Positions 1-8,623 of a stretch of 15,944 nucleotides of DNA are shown here, in pieces. How positions within the stretch are numbered: the first letter of the stretch is position 1; each line of letters begins with the position of its first letter. The translations under genes and the position numbers were made by a program. The stretch is from Candidatus Aenigmatarchaeota archaeon (GTDB lineage Archaea > Aenigmatarchaeota > Aenigmatarchaeia > Aenigmatarchaeales > JACQIB01), in assembly GCA_043799675.1 (NCBI GenBank), contig JAZDNN010000023.1, positions 1-15,944 of the forward strand, read 5' to 3'. Below the pieces are notes generated by a model. That model was not told where the DNA came from and made no database searches. It saw only the letters and a list, made by a program, of their open reading frames with translations.

Positions 1-252
1 TGGGACCGCATCCGCCTTTTCCCTGTATTCTACATATTCTACCGGAAAATTCGAGTCACAGAACCTGGTGTGCCCGTAATGGACTATCTTCTGGCAGCCC
101 AGTTTTCTGGCTTCATCCGTCTTGATGTCGCATGCCCCGTAGCATGGCTCGGCCGAGATTATCACTTCGTTTCCCGCCTTCTCGAGCCTGGCGGCTATCT
201 CCGTCGCTTTGTTTTTTAGTCCCTCCGGGACTTGGAGCAGGATTCTTGCCAT
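1..252 (-). CDS. dph2: Diphthamide biosynthesis enzyme Dph2 (2-(3-amino-3-carboxypropyl)histidine synthase), N-terminal part; runs off the left edge
   Basis: Own translation from ATG at 252: MARILLQVPEGLKNKATEIAARLEKAGNEVIISAEPCYGACDIKTDEARKLGCQKIVHYGH... It shows the Dph1/Dph2 motifs LQxPEGL, CYGACD and VHYGH. Not in the ORF track because there is no stop in the window. Confidence 0.93.
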   Translation of the reverse strand, partial: MARILLQVPEGLKNKATEIAARLEKAGNEVIISAEPCYGACDIKTDEARKLGCQKIVHYGHTRFCDSNFPVEYVEYREKADAVP

Positions 253-304
253 AAGCTGCAACGGTCAGCAATCCTTAAAAGGTTTCTAGAATGAATGGAT
301 GCAT

Positions 305-1147
305 ATGCGGCTGATAGATTACCACATTCATTGCAACTATTCCCCTGATAACAAAAACAAAATAAGGGACGTCATAGAGGCGGTCGGAAAAAAGAATCTA
401 TTGGATGCCTGCATCATCGCGCATTTTGAGCCGTCCACGTTCGGAAAACCGTCATTTTTTTCCAGACCCAATTCGATAACCGTTGATGAAATAAGTTCAT
501 ATTTCAAGGAAGTCGAGAGATGCAACCTGGAACTGGGGCAGAACGTCAGGATCGGATTGGAAGTCGAATATGACGAGAAAATCGAGAAACATATCGGGAA
601 AGTGCTTGATGAGTATCCGTTTGATTTCATTCTCGGTTCGTGTCATTTTATTGACGGGCATACGATAAGCGCGAATGCCGAAGCGGCCAGACAGTTCTTT
701 GAAAAGAACGAACCAAAAGAGGCGGCAAGAAGGTATTTCGAAAAGATTAGGAGCGCAATAAGTTCCGGGTTGTTTGATTCGATGGCGCACCTTGATGTGG
801 TGAAAAAGAGCGCTACGGGTTTTTACGGTTCTTTCCCGTTCGAGATTTACAGCGGATACTTCAAGGAGATTTCCAGGCTCTTGGTGAAACACGATACGTG
901 CTTTGAAGTCAATACTAATCCGTCGGGGTTGGGGAAGCAGGCCATGTACCCGTCAATCGAGGGCATAAGGATGCTGTATGCGGAAGGTGCAAGGGCGGTC
1001 ACGCTCGGTTCGGATGCGCACACCATAGACAGAATTGGCGATAGGTTGCCGGAAGTGATTCAGATTCTGAAGCAGGTGGGCTTCAAGGAAATATCCACAT
1101 TTGAGTGCAGGACGCGTAAGCCTGTAACTATCTCGGATTTGGGATGA
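305..1147 (+). CDS. PHP-domain phosphatase, histidinol-phosphatase HisJ family
   Basis: PHP motifs DYHIHCNYS, GLEVEY, GSCHF, AHLD, EVNT and GSDAH. Start is ATG 305 or 299. Confidence 0.88.
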   Translation: MRLIDYHIHCNYSPDNKNKIRDVIEAVGKKNLLDACIIAHFEPSTFGKPSFFSRPNSITVDEISSYFKEVERCNLELGQNVRIGLEVEYDEKIEKHIGKVLDEYPFDFILGSCHFIDGHTISANAEAARQFFEKNEPKEAARRYFEKIRSAISSGLFDSMAHLDVVKKSATGFYGSFPFEIYSGYFKEISRLLVKHDTCFEVNTNPSGLGKQAMYPSIEGIRMLYAEGARAVTLGSDAHTIDRIGDRLPEVIQILKQVGFKEISTFECRTRKPVTISDLG

Positions 1148-1148
1148 T

Positions 1149-1949
1149 TCATCCTTTCATTATCTGCTGCAGCGCGTTCACCCAGCTGAACACCTGCAGC
1201 TGCTCTATCATTCCCCAGATGAACGGGACTACGGCCAGTATGGCTATCAGCACCAGTAGGATTGGCAGGCCCTTCTTTCTTCCGACCGCCCTGAAGCCGA
1301 AATAGGCGCCCGTGATTATTCCGCCAAGGTGGGCCGGGTATGCTATGTCCGTCCCGCTCCCCGTGGCCATCACCGCAACAAATGAGGCGACGTTGTACAG
1401 CACATACACTGCAGCCACCAGCAGCAGCGGCATGGGGATGACGTACGGATGCATCACGATTTCCATCGGTTTGGCAAGCATCGCCGCCCCCATCAGCCCG
1501 AATATGGCCGCGGACATCCCGATGGTAGGCACGTTGGCCGGCATTATCCCGAAAAGGTTGCTAAGCATTATTGCGCCGTCCCCTGCCAGCGCCGATGTGA
1601 CAAAGATGAGCGCGAACTTCCTGCTGCCGAGCTCTTCTTCCACCACTTTGCCGAAGAAGAACATCGCTATCATGTTGAGTAGGAGATGGTCGGCCCCGGC
1701 GTGCAGGAAAATCGAGGTGAACGGCGTCCACCATCCTCCCGCCCCGATTGCGGCCGCCGAGAAACCGAACGAACCGAATACCTGCTCCAGTGCATCCGCC
1801 CCGCGCGTGAAAAGGACCGTCATTTCGGCTATATACACGGCAATCGCGGTCCCGATGAGCAGGTATGTGAGGTGCGGCCTGTGGTTCCCTTTCAGCCTTG
1901 GAACGGGCATCTCGGGCTGCTTCGGGGTTTTCCTGAAAGGGTTTTTCAT
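1149..1949 (-). CDS. Rhomboid family intramembrane serine protease
   Basis: Multiple TM segments; motifs WTPFTSIFLH, HLLLNM, GMSA (catalytic Ser) and AHLGG (catalytic His). Start placed at ATG 1949 (MKNPF) because the longer ORF-track extension overlaps tsaC antisense. Confidence 0.92.
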   Translation of the reverse strand: MKNPFRKTPKQPEMPVPRLKGNHRPHLTYLLIGTAIAVYIAEMTVLFTRGADALEQVFGSFGFSAAAIGAGGWWTPFTSIFLHAGADHLLLNMIAMFFFGKVVEEELGSRKFALIFVTSALAGDGAIMLSNLFGIMPANVPTIGMSAAIFGLMGAAMLAKPMEIVMHPYVIPMPLLLVAAVYVLYNVASFVAVMATGSGTDIAYPAHLGGIITGAYFGFRAVGRKKGLPILLVLIAILAVVPFIWGMIEQLQVFSWVNALQQIMKG

Positions 1950-2003
1950 GTCAATAGATGCGGCATCATGTTCAAATATTAACTCCTTCTTACAGTTAAC
2001 GGT

Positions 2004-2573
2004 ATGGACGAACTGGTGCTTTACAGGACCTACGCGGAGGATGACATAGTCGCTCGTGCTGTGGCTGTCCTGGTGAAGGGCGGGCTTGTTGTCTACCCTA
2101 CGGACACCGTCTACGCCCTCGGGGCCGACGCGACCAATCCGGCCGCGGTGGATATGGTGTTCACCCTGAAGCAGCGTCCGCAAAATCAGCCGCTTTCCGT
2201 CCTTGTGCACGATTTTGTGATGCTGAAGAAGTGGGCGGTCGTGAGCGCAAGCCAGGAAAAATACATGAGGGAGAACCTGCCCAATCCGTACACCTTCGTG
2301 CTGAAGCCGAAGAGGCCGCTCCCGGTTTCGCAGGGAAACGTGGGCTTCCGGATTATTCCGAACCATTGGTGCGGCAGGATTTCCAAGGTTCTGGGAAAGC
2401 CGATAACGGCCACATCAGCCAACATCCACGAGAGGCATACCCCCACCTTCAACGAGATAAGGAATTCGTTCGGCCCGAAGGTCGGACTGTACATAGATGC
2501 CGGAAAGCTGTCAAAGATGCCCTCCCAGGTGGTGGACCTGACCGTCAGTCCCCCGCGCGTGCTGCGCGAATGA
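2004..2573 (+). CDS. tsaC: L-threonylcarbamoyladenylate synthase (TsaC/YrdC/Sua5 family), single-domain form
   Basis: Motifs VVYPTDTVYALG, LKQR and ATSAN; 189 aa with no C-terminal SUA5 domain. Confidence 0.93.
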   Translation: MDELVLYRTYAEDDIVARAVAVLVKGGLVVYPTDTVYALGADATNPAAVDMVFTLKQRPQNQPLSVLVHDFVMLKKWAVVSASQEKYMRENLPNPYTFVLKPKRPLPVSQGNVGFRIIPNHWCGRISKVLGKPITATSANIHERHTPTFNEIRNSFGPKVGLYIDAGKLSKMPSQVVDLTVSPPRVLRE

Positions 2574-2575
2574 CG

Positions 2576-2583
2576 TATATATT
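2576..2583 (+). promoter_or_regulatory. Putative TATA box for the ORF at 2608
   Basis: TATATATT ends 25 nt before ATG 2608. Confidence 0.5.
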
Positions 2584-2607
2584 CTTGCTTTGTGAAGAAA
2601 GCCGATT

Positions 2608-3324
2608 ATGCCTGTTGCTTTTGTCCAGGGCGATTACGCGGTGGACATGATAAACCGCGAGTCGGTGCGGATGCCGCATACCTGGCTGAACAGGGACAGG
2701 GTGTCTTATTACATCGGTTCGGTCTGGGACGGGAACCTGTTTTACGCCATGCAGAACGAGGTCGGAATAAAACTCAAGATACCGGTCCATGAACGGAAGG
2801 GCGTGAGGGGTCTCGGGGGCATATGTTATGTCGAGGTCGAAGGTCAGCCGATACCGGTTGAAGAGGCCGACACGATTGATGAGAGCGGTGAATGCATACA
2901 GCTGAATAACAGGATATACGGCACCGCCGGAATCGTGAAGTCCGGGGATTATTCGGCCGTTCTGGAGCTTTTGACCGGGAACCGCTCAGACAACGGCTAT
3001 GACATGGAAAGGCTTCGCAGGTTGCTGGGGGTCAGCCGGTTGGAGCACAGGAGAGCGGTCGATCTCGTCAACAAGGACACCGAAAAGGTAATGGTCGAAC
3101 TTTTCGAATCCGCCCCCGTGTTTGCCGAAAGCGCATTGAGGGAGGTGAACAGGAAGGAGACCGAAAACATGATAAATCAGACGGCTTCCTCCATCAGGCT
3201 TTGCCGTGACAGCAGCATGCAGCTTAACAGGGCGACAAGGCGGTCAGAAGAGAAGCAGAAGAAAATAATGGACGATTTGATGACGGCCCCCTCTACGATG
3301 AAAGCGCGGCGACCCACTCCCTGA
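2608..3324 (+). CDS. Hypothetical protein (238 aa) with a helical/coiled-coil-like C-terminus
   Basis: Fills the gap between tsaC and ppsA and has an upstream TATA-like box; no family recognised. Confidence 0.65.
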   Translation: MPVAFVQGDYAVDMINRESVRMPHTWLNRDRVSYYIGSVWDGNLFYAMQNEVGIKLKIPVHERKGVRGLGGICYVEVEGQPIPVEEADTIDESGECIQLNNRIYGTAGIVKSGDYSAVLELLTGNRSDNGYDMERLRRLLGVSRLEHRRAVDLVNKDTEKVMVELFESAPVFAESALREVNRKETENMINQTASSIRLCRDSSMQLNRATRRSEEKQKKIMDDLMTAPSTMKARRPTP

Positions 3325-5785
3325 CTTTTTCGATAGCGTCCATGTTGACTGACAGGCTGCTTATCCCGCAACCTACAAGGAACTCGACTATGTCCTGCCG
3401 GTTGCTCGGCGCCTCGCCGCAGATGCTCGTCTTCACCCCGTACTCGTTGCATATCTTAATCACGTGCTCGAACTCGGCCCGCATTGCAGGATGCATCTCC
3501 CCGCCAACTTCTTCGTAAAGCGGTATGAGCTTTTCGTTATTTCTGTCTATCCCTAATGTCAGTTGTGCCAGATCATTGCTTCCGAAGCTGATGAAATCTA
3601 TCCCTTCGTCGCAGAATTCCTCTATGCTCCAGCAGGCGGCGGGAGTCTCGACCATTATCCCGAACTTCATCGATTCCGGCAGGCCGTATTCCTTTGCCAG
3701 TTCCTTTGCCTTCCTCAGCTCGCTCACGCTGATTATGAACGGGAGCATGATTCCGACGTTGGTGTAGCCGGCCTCGTGCAGCCGCTTGAATGCCTCAATT
3801 TGTGCCTTGAACAGTTCCTTGTCGTCCACGTCCCTCCTTATTCCGTGCCAGCCGATCATCGGGTTGCTTTCCGTGGGCTCTTTCTCTCCGCCGGGCATGT
3901 GCCTGAATTCGTCGGTGCGGATGTCTATCGTCCTTACCCAGACGGGTTTGGGATGGAATGCCATGGCCACCTTGCTTACGCCTTCCACGATGATGTCCGT
4001 CAATACCTCCGCTCTTCCGCTGTGGACCAGTTCCGCAGGGTGTGCGGGTGCCTTTGCCACCATGTGCTCCAGTCTCAGAAGTCCGACGCCGTCGGCCTTG
4101 TGCGCCGCCTTCTCCGCGGTCTCCGGGAATGCGATGTTGCATTTTATTTTCACGTGTTCAGGTTTTTCAATCGGATGATGTTCTTTTTCGGTGAAATGTG
4201 ATTCGTCCGTATTCTCCTCGTTTTCTGCCGTTTCTTCTGTCGGTTCCTTCGCTTCCTCTGCCGCCTCTCCCGTTTCCTCTTCTTCCAGTTTCTCGGTTTC
4301 TTCCTCGGCTTCTTCGTTTTCCTCCGTCGGTTCAGGTCGGTTTTCCTCTTCTCTCTTCTCCTCTTCGTCTGCTTCCTCCGCCTTTTTTTCCTGCTCCTCT
4401 TCGTCCTTTGCGCTTGCAGGATATACGAACCCGTGGACCGCATCGACCGTGACCATCTGACCTTCTTTCAGGACCTTGGTCGCGGTCAGGGTGCCCACGA
4501 TGACAGGCTTGCCCAGTTCCCTTCCGACAATTGAGGCGTGGCTGGTTACACCGCCCTTGTCCGTGATTATTGCGGCCGATTTCTCCATCGCAGGGACATA
4601 ATCAGGGGAAGTCATCTCGGTGACCAGAATGTCCCCCTGTTTCACCTTGTTGATCTCGTTCGGCGTGAGCACCAGCCTGCACGGTCCGGTCGCCTTGCCG
4701 GGGCTTGCCCCGTATCCCTTCAGTAACGGTTCACTGGTCTCCTGTTCCACCGCTTCGGTCTGCTTGAGGACGGTTACCGCACGGGTCTGGACGATGTACA
4801 TCTTGTCTCCTTCCACCGCCCACTCGATGTCCTGCGGCCTGCCCTGGTAGCATTGCTCTATCTTTTTTGCGTAGGCGCTGATGGTCAGTATCTCTTCCTT
4901 GTTCAGGACCTGCATATCGACGAATTCCTCCGGTACGTCCACCTGCGCCGTGATTCCGGTGTGGGGGTTCCGCGCCCGCATCGACGTCTTCTTCCCTATC
5001 TTGACGTTGATTATGTCCCCGCTTTTCTTGTCCACAACGTACTTGTCCGGGTCGGTAAGCCCCTGGACGATGGTCTCCCCGAGCCCCCAGACCGCTTCGG
5101 TCACGATGTGATTGGCTCCTTCGTGGGTGGGGTTCGCCGGGTCCACGGTGAACGTGACCCCTGATTTTTCGGATTGGACCATCCTCTGGACGACGACACC
5201 CATCCCGGCAAAGTGCTGCTGGTTCTGCTTTGCGCGGTAATAGATTCCGCGGGGGGTGAAGAACGATGCCCAGTCGTTTATCACTGCAAGAAGCAGGTTC
5301 TCCTCGCCGCGCACGGTCAGGAACGTCTCATACTGGCCGGCACTGCTTGCCGTGGCTGCATCCTCGGTGACGCCGCTGCTCCTCACCGCCACGAACGTCT
5401 GCTCGGTTGCCTCCTGCTTGGTCTTTGAGAAGCCAAGGGCCTTTGCCACGGTCGCCTCCTTGGTTAGGGTCAGGTTCCGGTAATTGACCAGTATCATGTT
5501 GCGCACTGCCTGCGGCATCTCCCCTGTGAGAAAAATTCTGTGTATTTCCTCGCTTGCCTTCATCAGGGAATCGTTGTCCATGCTGTCCGTCCTTTTCAGG
5601 ACCTCCTCTATTTTCCCTTTCAGGTTGTTATGGTCTATGAACGCGTGCCATGCTTCGACCGTTATGAAGAACGCTTCGGGGACCGGAAATCCCGCTTTTA
5701 TCAGTTCCGCCAGGTGGGCGCACTTGCCCCCCACCTCCTTGACGCTGTCCGCCCCTATCTGCTGACCGGAAACCACGTATGGCAT
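3293..5785 (-). CDS. ppsA: Phosphoenolpyruvate synthase (pyruvate, water dikinase)
   Basis: VGGK..L.EL, VAVRSS, EAVWGLGE, QDIEWA, phospho-His motif GGVTSHASIVGRELG, E.NPMIGWHG, SFGSNDL and ICGE. Start ATG 5785 is preceded by GGAGGT at 7-nt spacing. Confidence 0.96.
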   Translation of the reverse strand: MPYVVSGQQIGADSVKEVGGKCAHLAELIKAGFPVPEAFFITVEAWHAFIDHNNLKGKIEEVLKRTDSMDNDSLMKASEEIHRIFLTGEMPQAVRNMILVNYRNLTLTKEATVAKALGFSKTKQEATEQTFVAVRSSGVTEDAATASSAGQYETFLTVRGEENLLLAVINDWASFFTPRGIYYRAKQNQQHFAGMGVVVQRMVQSEKSGVTFTVDPANPTHEGANHIVTEAVWGLGETIVQGLTDPDKYVVDKKSGDIINVKIGKKTSMRARNPHTGITAQVDVPEEFVDMQVLNKEEILTISAYAKKIEQCYQGRPQDIEWAVEGDKMYIVQTRAVTVLKQTEAVEQETSEPLLKGYGASPGKATGPCRLVLTPNEINKVKQGDILVTEMTSPDYVPAMEKSAAIITDKGGVTSHASIVGRELGKPVIVGTLTATKVLKEGQMVTVDAVHGFVYPASAKDEEEQEKKAEEADEEEKREEENRPEPTEENEEAEEETEKLEEEETGEAAEEAKEPTEETAENEENTDESHFTEKEHHPIEKPEHVKIKCNIAFPETAEKAAHKADGVGLLRLEHMVAKAPAHPAELVHSGRAEVLTDIIVEGVSKVAMAFHPKPVWVRTIDIRTDEFRHMPGGEKEPTESNPMIGWHGIRRDVDDKELFKAQIEAFKRLHEAGYTNVGIMLPFIISVSELRKAKELAKEYGLPESMKFGIMVETPAACWSIEEFCDEGIDFISFGSNDLAQLTLGIDRNNEKLIPLYEEVGGEMHPAMRAEFEHVIKICNEYGVKTSICGEAPSNRQDIVEFLVGCGISSLSVNMDAIEKVREWVAALSS
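4202..4405 (-). other. Low-complexity acidic linker inside PpsA (68 aa, 38 D/E)
   Basis: DEEEQEKKAEEADEEEK...NEENTDE lies between the His-swivel domain and the C-terminal PEP-binding barrel; the frame is intact. Confidence 0.9.
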
Positions 5786-5788
5786 CAA

Positions 5789-5831
5789 GCAAACCTCCGG
5801 TTTGCGGATGCTGCAATGGCATTGCTCATCC
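5789..5831 (-). promoter_or_regulatory. Structured ppsA leader: two abutting hairpins, the second containing the Shine-Dalgarno
   Basis: Minus strand reads GGATG-A-GCAAT-GCC-ATTGC-AG-CATCC, then GCAAACC-GGA-GGTTTGC, then TTG-ATG. Confidence 0.55.
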
Positions 5832-5927
5832 AAAAAGTTCCCGACCCGACAGATAAAGCTTGTTTTAGCCCTTGACAATGCGGCACGAAACCGGAAGCGC
5901 TTGCCTGCTCACGTGTTATTGCAGGTC

Positions 5928-6452
5928 CTAGTCCTTTACAATCCTGCACGAACCGGGCAGTTTGGCAATCGCGCGGTGCAACGCTTCTTTGGCAATCGCG
6001 TCCTTGCCCTCCGGCACATAAGCTGTCAGTATCTTTTCTCCGGCAAGTATCCTTGCGGCCTGCCCTATCGGCTTGCCCCAAGATTGCCTCATTCCCTGCG
6101 AGAAACGGTCCGCTCCTGCCCCTGTTGCCAGCGGGTTTTCCCTCAGAACATGGTGCGGATATTTCCTCATCTTGAAAAAGAATCCCTGCTCTCCGAGGTT
6201 CTGTGCCAGATACTTGCTTGCCATCACCCTGGCCGACTCGAGACAGTTGCTCCTGAATTGCCTGTCCAAGGTCGGTACGAGCGAATAGGCGAGTGGAAAG
6301 TTCGCCTTTCCCTTTGCGTTGCCCACCTCGAACTGGTGGATTTTGCCCACCGGCACTCCTTTCACGTAGCTCTTGGGCGGTACCCGTATGCTTATCCTTG
6401 TCCACGCCCGCTGCGTGATGTGATGGTAGCATCTTCCGGGTCTCAGTGCCAT
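5928..6452 (-). CDS. rpl10e: 50S ribosomal protein L10e (uL16)
   Basis: MALRPGRCY..., LESARV, YPHHVLREN..ATGAGADRFSQGMRQSWGKPIG and AIAKLP, all typical of archaeal L10e. Confidence 0.97.
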   Translation of the reverse strand: MALRPGRCYHHITQRAWTRISIRVPPKSYVKGVPVGKIHQFEVGNAKGKANFPLAYSLVPTLDRQFRSNCLESARVMASKYLAQNLGEQGFFFKMRKYPHHVLRENPLATGAGADRFSQGMRQSWGKPIGQAARILAGEKILTAYVPEGKDAIAKEALHRAIAKLPGSCRIVKD

Positions 6453-6481
6453 GTCAATCAGCTAAGATGCGCCGTCCGAGT

Positions 6482-6489
6482 CTTATAAA
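6482..6489 (-). promoter_or_regulatory. TATA box of rpl10e
   Basis: Minus-strand TTTATAAG ends 30 nt upstream of ATG 6452, preceded by A-rich BRE-like CATAAACG. Confidence 0.65.
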
Positions 6490-6492
6490 CGT

Positions 6493-7341
6493 TTATGCGG
6501 ACCCGTGCCGCTTCCGCATTTCCTCGTCTATGTTTATCCTTTCCTGCACGTCCGGATTGTAGTCGGCAATGTTCTCGCTGCAGGTGCTGATGCGCTGCTC
6601 ACCGTCAACAAGCGTCGCTTGCAACAGGTCCTCAGGATTGAGCTGCCTCCTGATTTTGACCACCGTTTTCAGGAAGCCGTGCTTGTACATTCCGTTCTCG
6701 TCCAGCCTGAACGGCTGTTCCGCTTTCTCCTCCCATACTCCCGCTTCATAATAGCCGTCCAAGGCCGGGATGTTCTCGCATGCGCGCACCCCGAAGTTGC
6801 GAAACTTTTGTCGCCACTTGACCTGTTTTTCGGGCGTTTTCAGATTTCCTCCCATTATCAGTATTTCTATCCTGTCCGTGTAGCTGTTTTTCTTCGGGAA
6901 AGGCTCGTAATCCGCGTTGCAGCAGCTTTTGAGCGGCCAGGCAAGAGAGCGTGCTATTCTTCGTGCCTTCTTGAGCGGCTGCTCATCCATCTCTGTCGTG
7001 TCATCGATTTTTTCGAAATAGTACACGTCCCCGTTCCCCGCAAGAGTGACCAGCGAATCCTCGTTCATGTTGACATAGACAGTGATGTCCCCTTCCGTCG
7101 ACACGATGAAGCGCGGGGCATCGCCGTTGTAGTTTGCCAGTGTTGAAAGGGTCTGCGCCATTTCGTACCCGTAGAAGCGTGCAGGAGCGGTTCCGAAGCT
7201 GTTGATGTTCTTGATGCGGAAGCCCGCAAAGTGCGCATTCCAGTCTCTTGCCAATTCAAACATCGAATGCGCATGATACCAAGACTTTCTGGCATCCGTG
7301 ACCTTCTGTATAATCTCTTCGGTTATCTTTGACGTCATCAA
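6493..7341 (-). CDS. Hypothetical protein (282 aa)
   Basis: Long ORF filling the space between DUF1512 and rpl10e on the same strand; protein-like composition; no family recognised. Confidence 0.7.
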   Translation of the reverse strand: MMTSKITEEIIQKVTDARKSWYHAHSMFELARDWNAHFAGFRIKNINSFGTAPARFYGYEMAQTLSTLANYNGDAPRFIVSTEGDITVYVNMNEDSLVTLAGNGDVYYFEKIDDTTEMDEQPLKKARRIARSLAWPLKSCCNADYEPFPKKNSYTDRIEILIMGGNLKTPEKQVKWRQKFRNFGVRACENIPALDGYYEAGVWEEKAEQPFRLDENGMYKHGFLKTVVKIRRQLNPEDLLQATLVDGEQRISTCSENIADYNPDVQERINIDEEMRKRHGSA

Positions 7342-7367
7342 GATGCATCGGATGGAAAGGCTAAATA

Positions 7368-8555
7368 TCAGTTCTTTTTGTTCTCTTTCTTTGCCGCCCG
7401 TGCCGTCTTCTTTATCAGTTCTTCCGCCTGCTTTGCCGCCGCCAGATTGTCCCCGATGCCGCAGGTGTTCCCTACTCCCATCAGAAGTATCCTTTCGTTC
7501 TTCCTTGCCCTTTTGACCATTTCCCTCACCTTGTCCATCGCGGGCTCGATGCCTTCGAGTATCTCCGGTTTCATCGGTCCCAATGCTTCCTCGTCGCTGA
7601 CCTTCACCGCGACCGCGTCCAGCGGTATCTTGTTCTTGACGGCAAACTCCTCCATCTCGTACCTGTCCACGCCAGGTCCGCCCATCGCCACACCGACACC
7701 CTCTGCAACCGTGCCTGCTTTCTCCCCTTCCAGTCTGAGCGCCGCATCCACGCTGATTATCCTGTCAATCCTGTTGCTCTTGATGAACTTGAGCAGGAAC
7801 TTGCCCGGGTATCCCGTGCCCGCGCCCGGTCCTGTCGCCTTGCAGACCGTGACATTCCGTCCTTCGATTGTGACAGGAGCCGCAGCGAACTCCTCTTCCT
7901 TGTATACCTTCATTTTCTTTTTCGCCGGCATGAACGAGGCGATTACCAGGGGTCCCACGCCGTCCCCTATCGGTACCCCGTCAATGAACGCCTTGGTCGC
8001 CGCAGCGGCCGCCTTGGCCACCCTGATAATCAGCGGAACCTGCATCTGTATCACCAGTGCCATCTGGAACATCTTGTATTTCTTGATGGTCTCGAGGTAG
8101 TGCCTCACTATCTTTGCTATCTGATGGGTCATCATGGCCCCTGCGAGCGCGTTCTGTATGTTCGATCTTTCTATCTCGTTCAGGCCCGGCGCGGTCTGCG
8201 CAACGAACCATTTGAACCGTTCATCACTCTGCCTCACGACCATGTCCAGTTTTTTCACTATGCCGTTGGGGTCAAGGTCGACCGGGGTTATCGCGAAGAA
8301 TTCCATGAATCCGCGGATGCTGTCCTTGAGCTTGTTGTCCGACCGTCTGCCTATCCTTCGCTCGATTATCTGCCTCGTTTCCACCGCCATGGTTTCCAGT
8401 TGCTTTGTTTCACTCTCGAGCTTCCATATCGCCTGGTTCAGTGTGAGTCTGGGATACAGGAACGCGAATCCGAAGAACATCAGGAAGAAGAATACCTGAC
8501 TGATGACATCGGTCGCGGTTGTTTGCGCAAGAATGACGTCCAAGGGGCCGGTCAT
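7368..8555 (-). CDS. DUF1512 family conserved archaeal protein with an N-terminal membrane anchor
   Basis: Motifs PVDLDPNGIV, GVPIGDGVGPLV, GPG, VDAALRLEGEKAGTVAEGVGVAMGGPG and GVGNTCGIG. Start ATG 8555 lies about 23 nt below a TATA-like box. Confidence 0.85.
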   Translation of the reverse strand: MTGPLDVILAQTTATDVISQVFFFLMFFGFAFLYPRLTLNQAIWKLESETKQLETMAVETRQIIERRIGRRSDNKLKDSIRGFMEFFAITPVDLDPNGIVKKLDMVVRQSDERFKWFVAQTAPGLNEIERSNIQNALAGAMMTHQIAKIVRHYLETIKKYKMFQMALVIQMQVPLIIRVAKAAAAATKAFIDGVPIGDGVGPLVIASFMPAKKKMKVYKEEEFAAAPVTIEGRNVTVCKATGPGAGTGYPGKFLLKFIKSNRIDRIISVDAALRLEGEKAGTVAEGVGVAMGGPGVDRYEMEEFAVKNKIPLDAVAVKVSDEEALGPMKPEILEGIEPAMDKVREMVKRARKNERILLMGVGNTCGIGDNLAAAKQAEELIKKTARAAKKENKKN

Positions 8556-8577
8556 AGTGCAAACCTTACCGCCGCGG

Positions 8578-8595
8578 TTTAAAAAGCTATTTAAG
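8578..8595. promoter_or_regulatory. Back-to-back TATA boxes of the divergent genes starting at 8555(-) and 8624(+)
   Basis: TTTAAAAA at 8578-8585 (minus strand TTTTTAAA) and TATTTAAG at 8588-8595 in a 68-bp divergent gap. Confidence 0.55.
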
Positions 8596-8623
8596 CGTGC
8601 GTCCATATTTTGGTTCGGTAACT

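Noticed and set aside
1950..2366. N-terminal extension of the rhomboid ORF (405 aa in the track)
   Set aside because: It is the antisense shadow of tsaC; the real start is probably 1949.
4150..4460. Arg/Lys-rich and Ser-rich ORFs, and an apparent TTC microsatellite
   Set aside because: Alternative-frame readings of the Glu-rich PpsA linker; no exact nucleotide tandem unit.
5785..6488. Overlapping 215-aa and 228-aa ORFs across rpl10e
   Set aside because: Alternative-frame and antisense shadows of a highly conserved gene, with no recognisable motifs.
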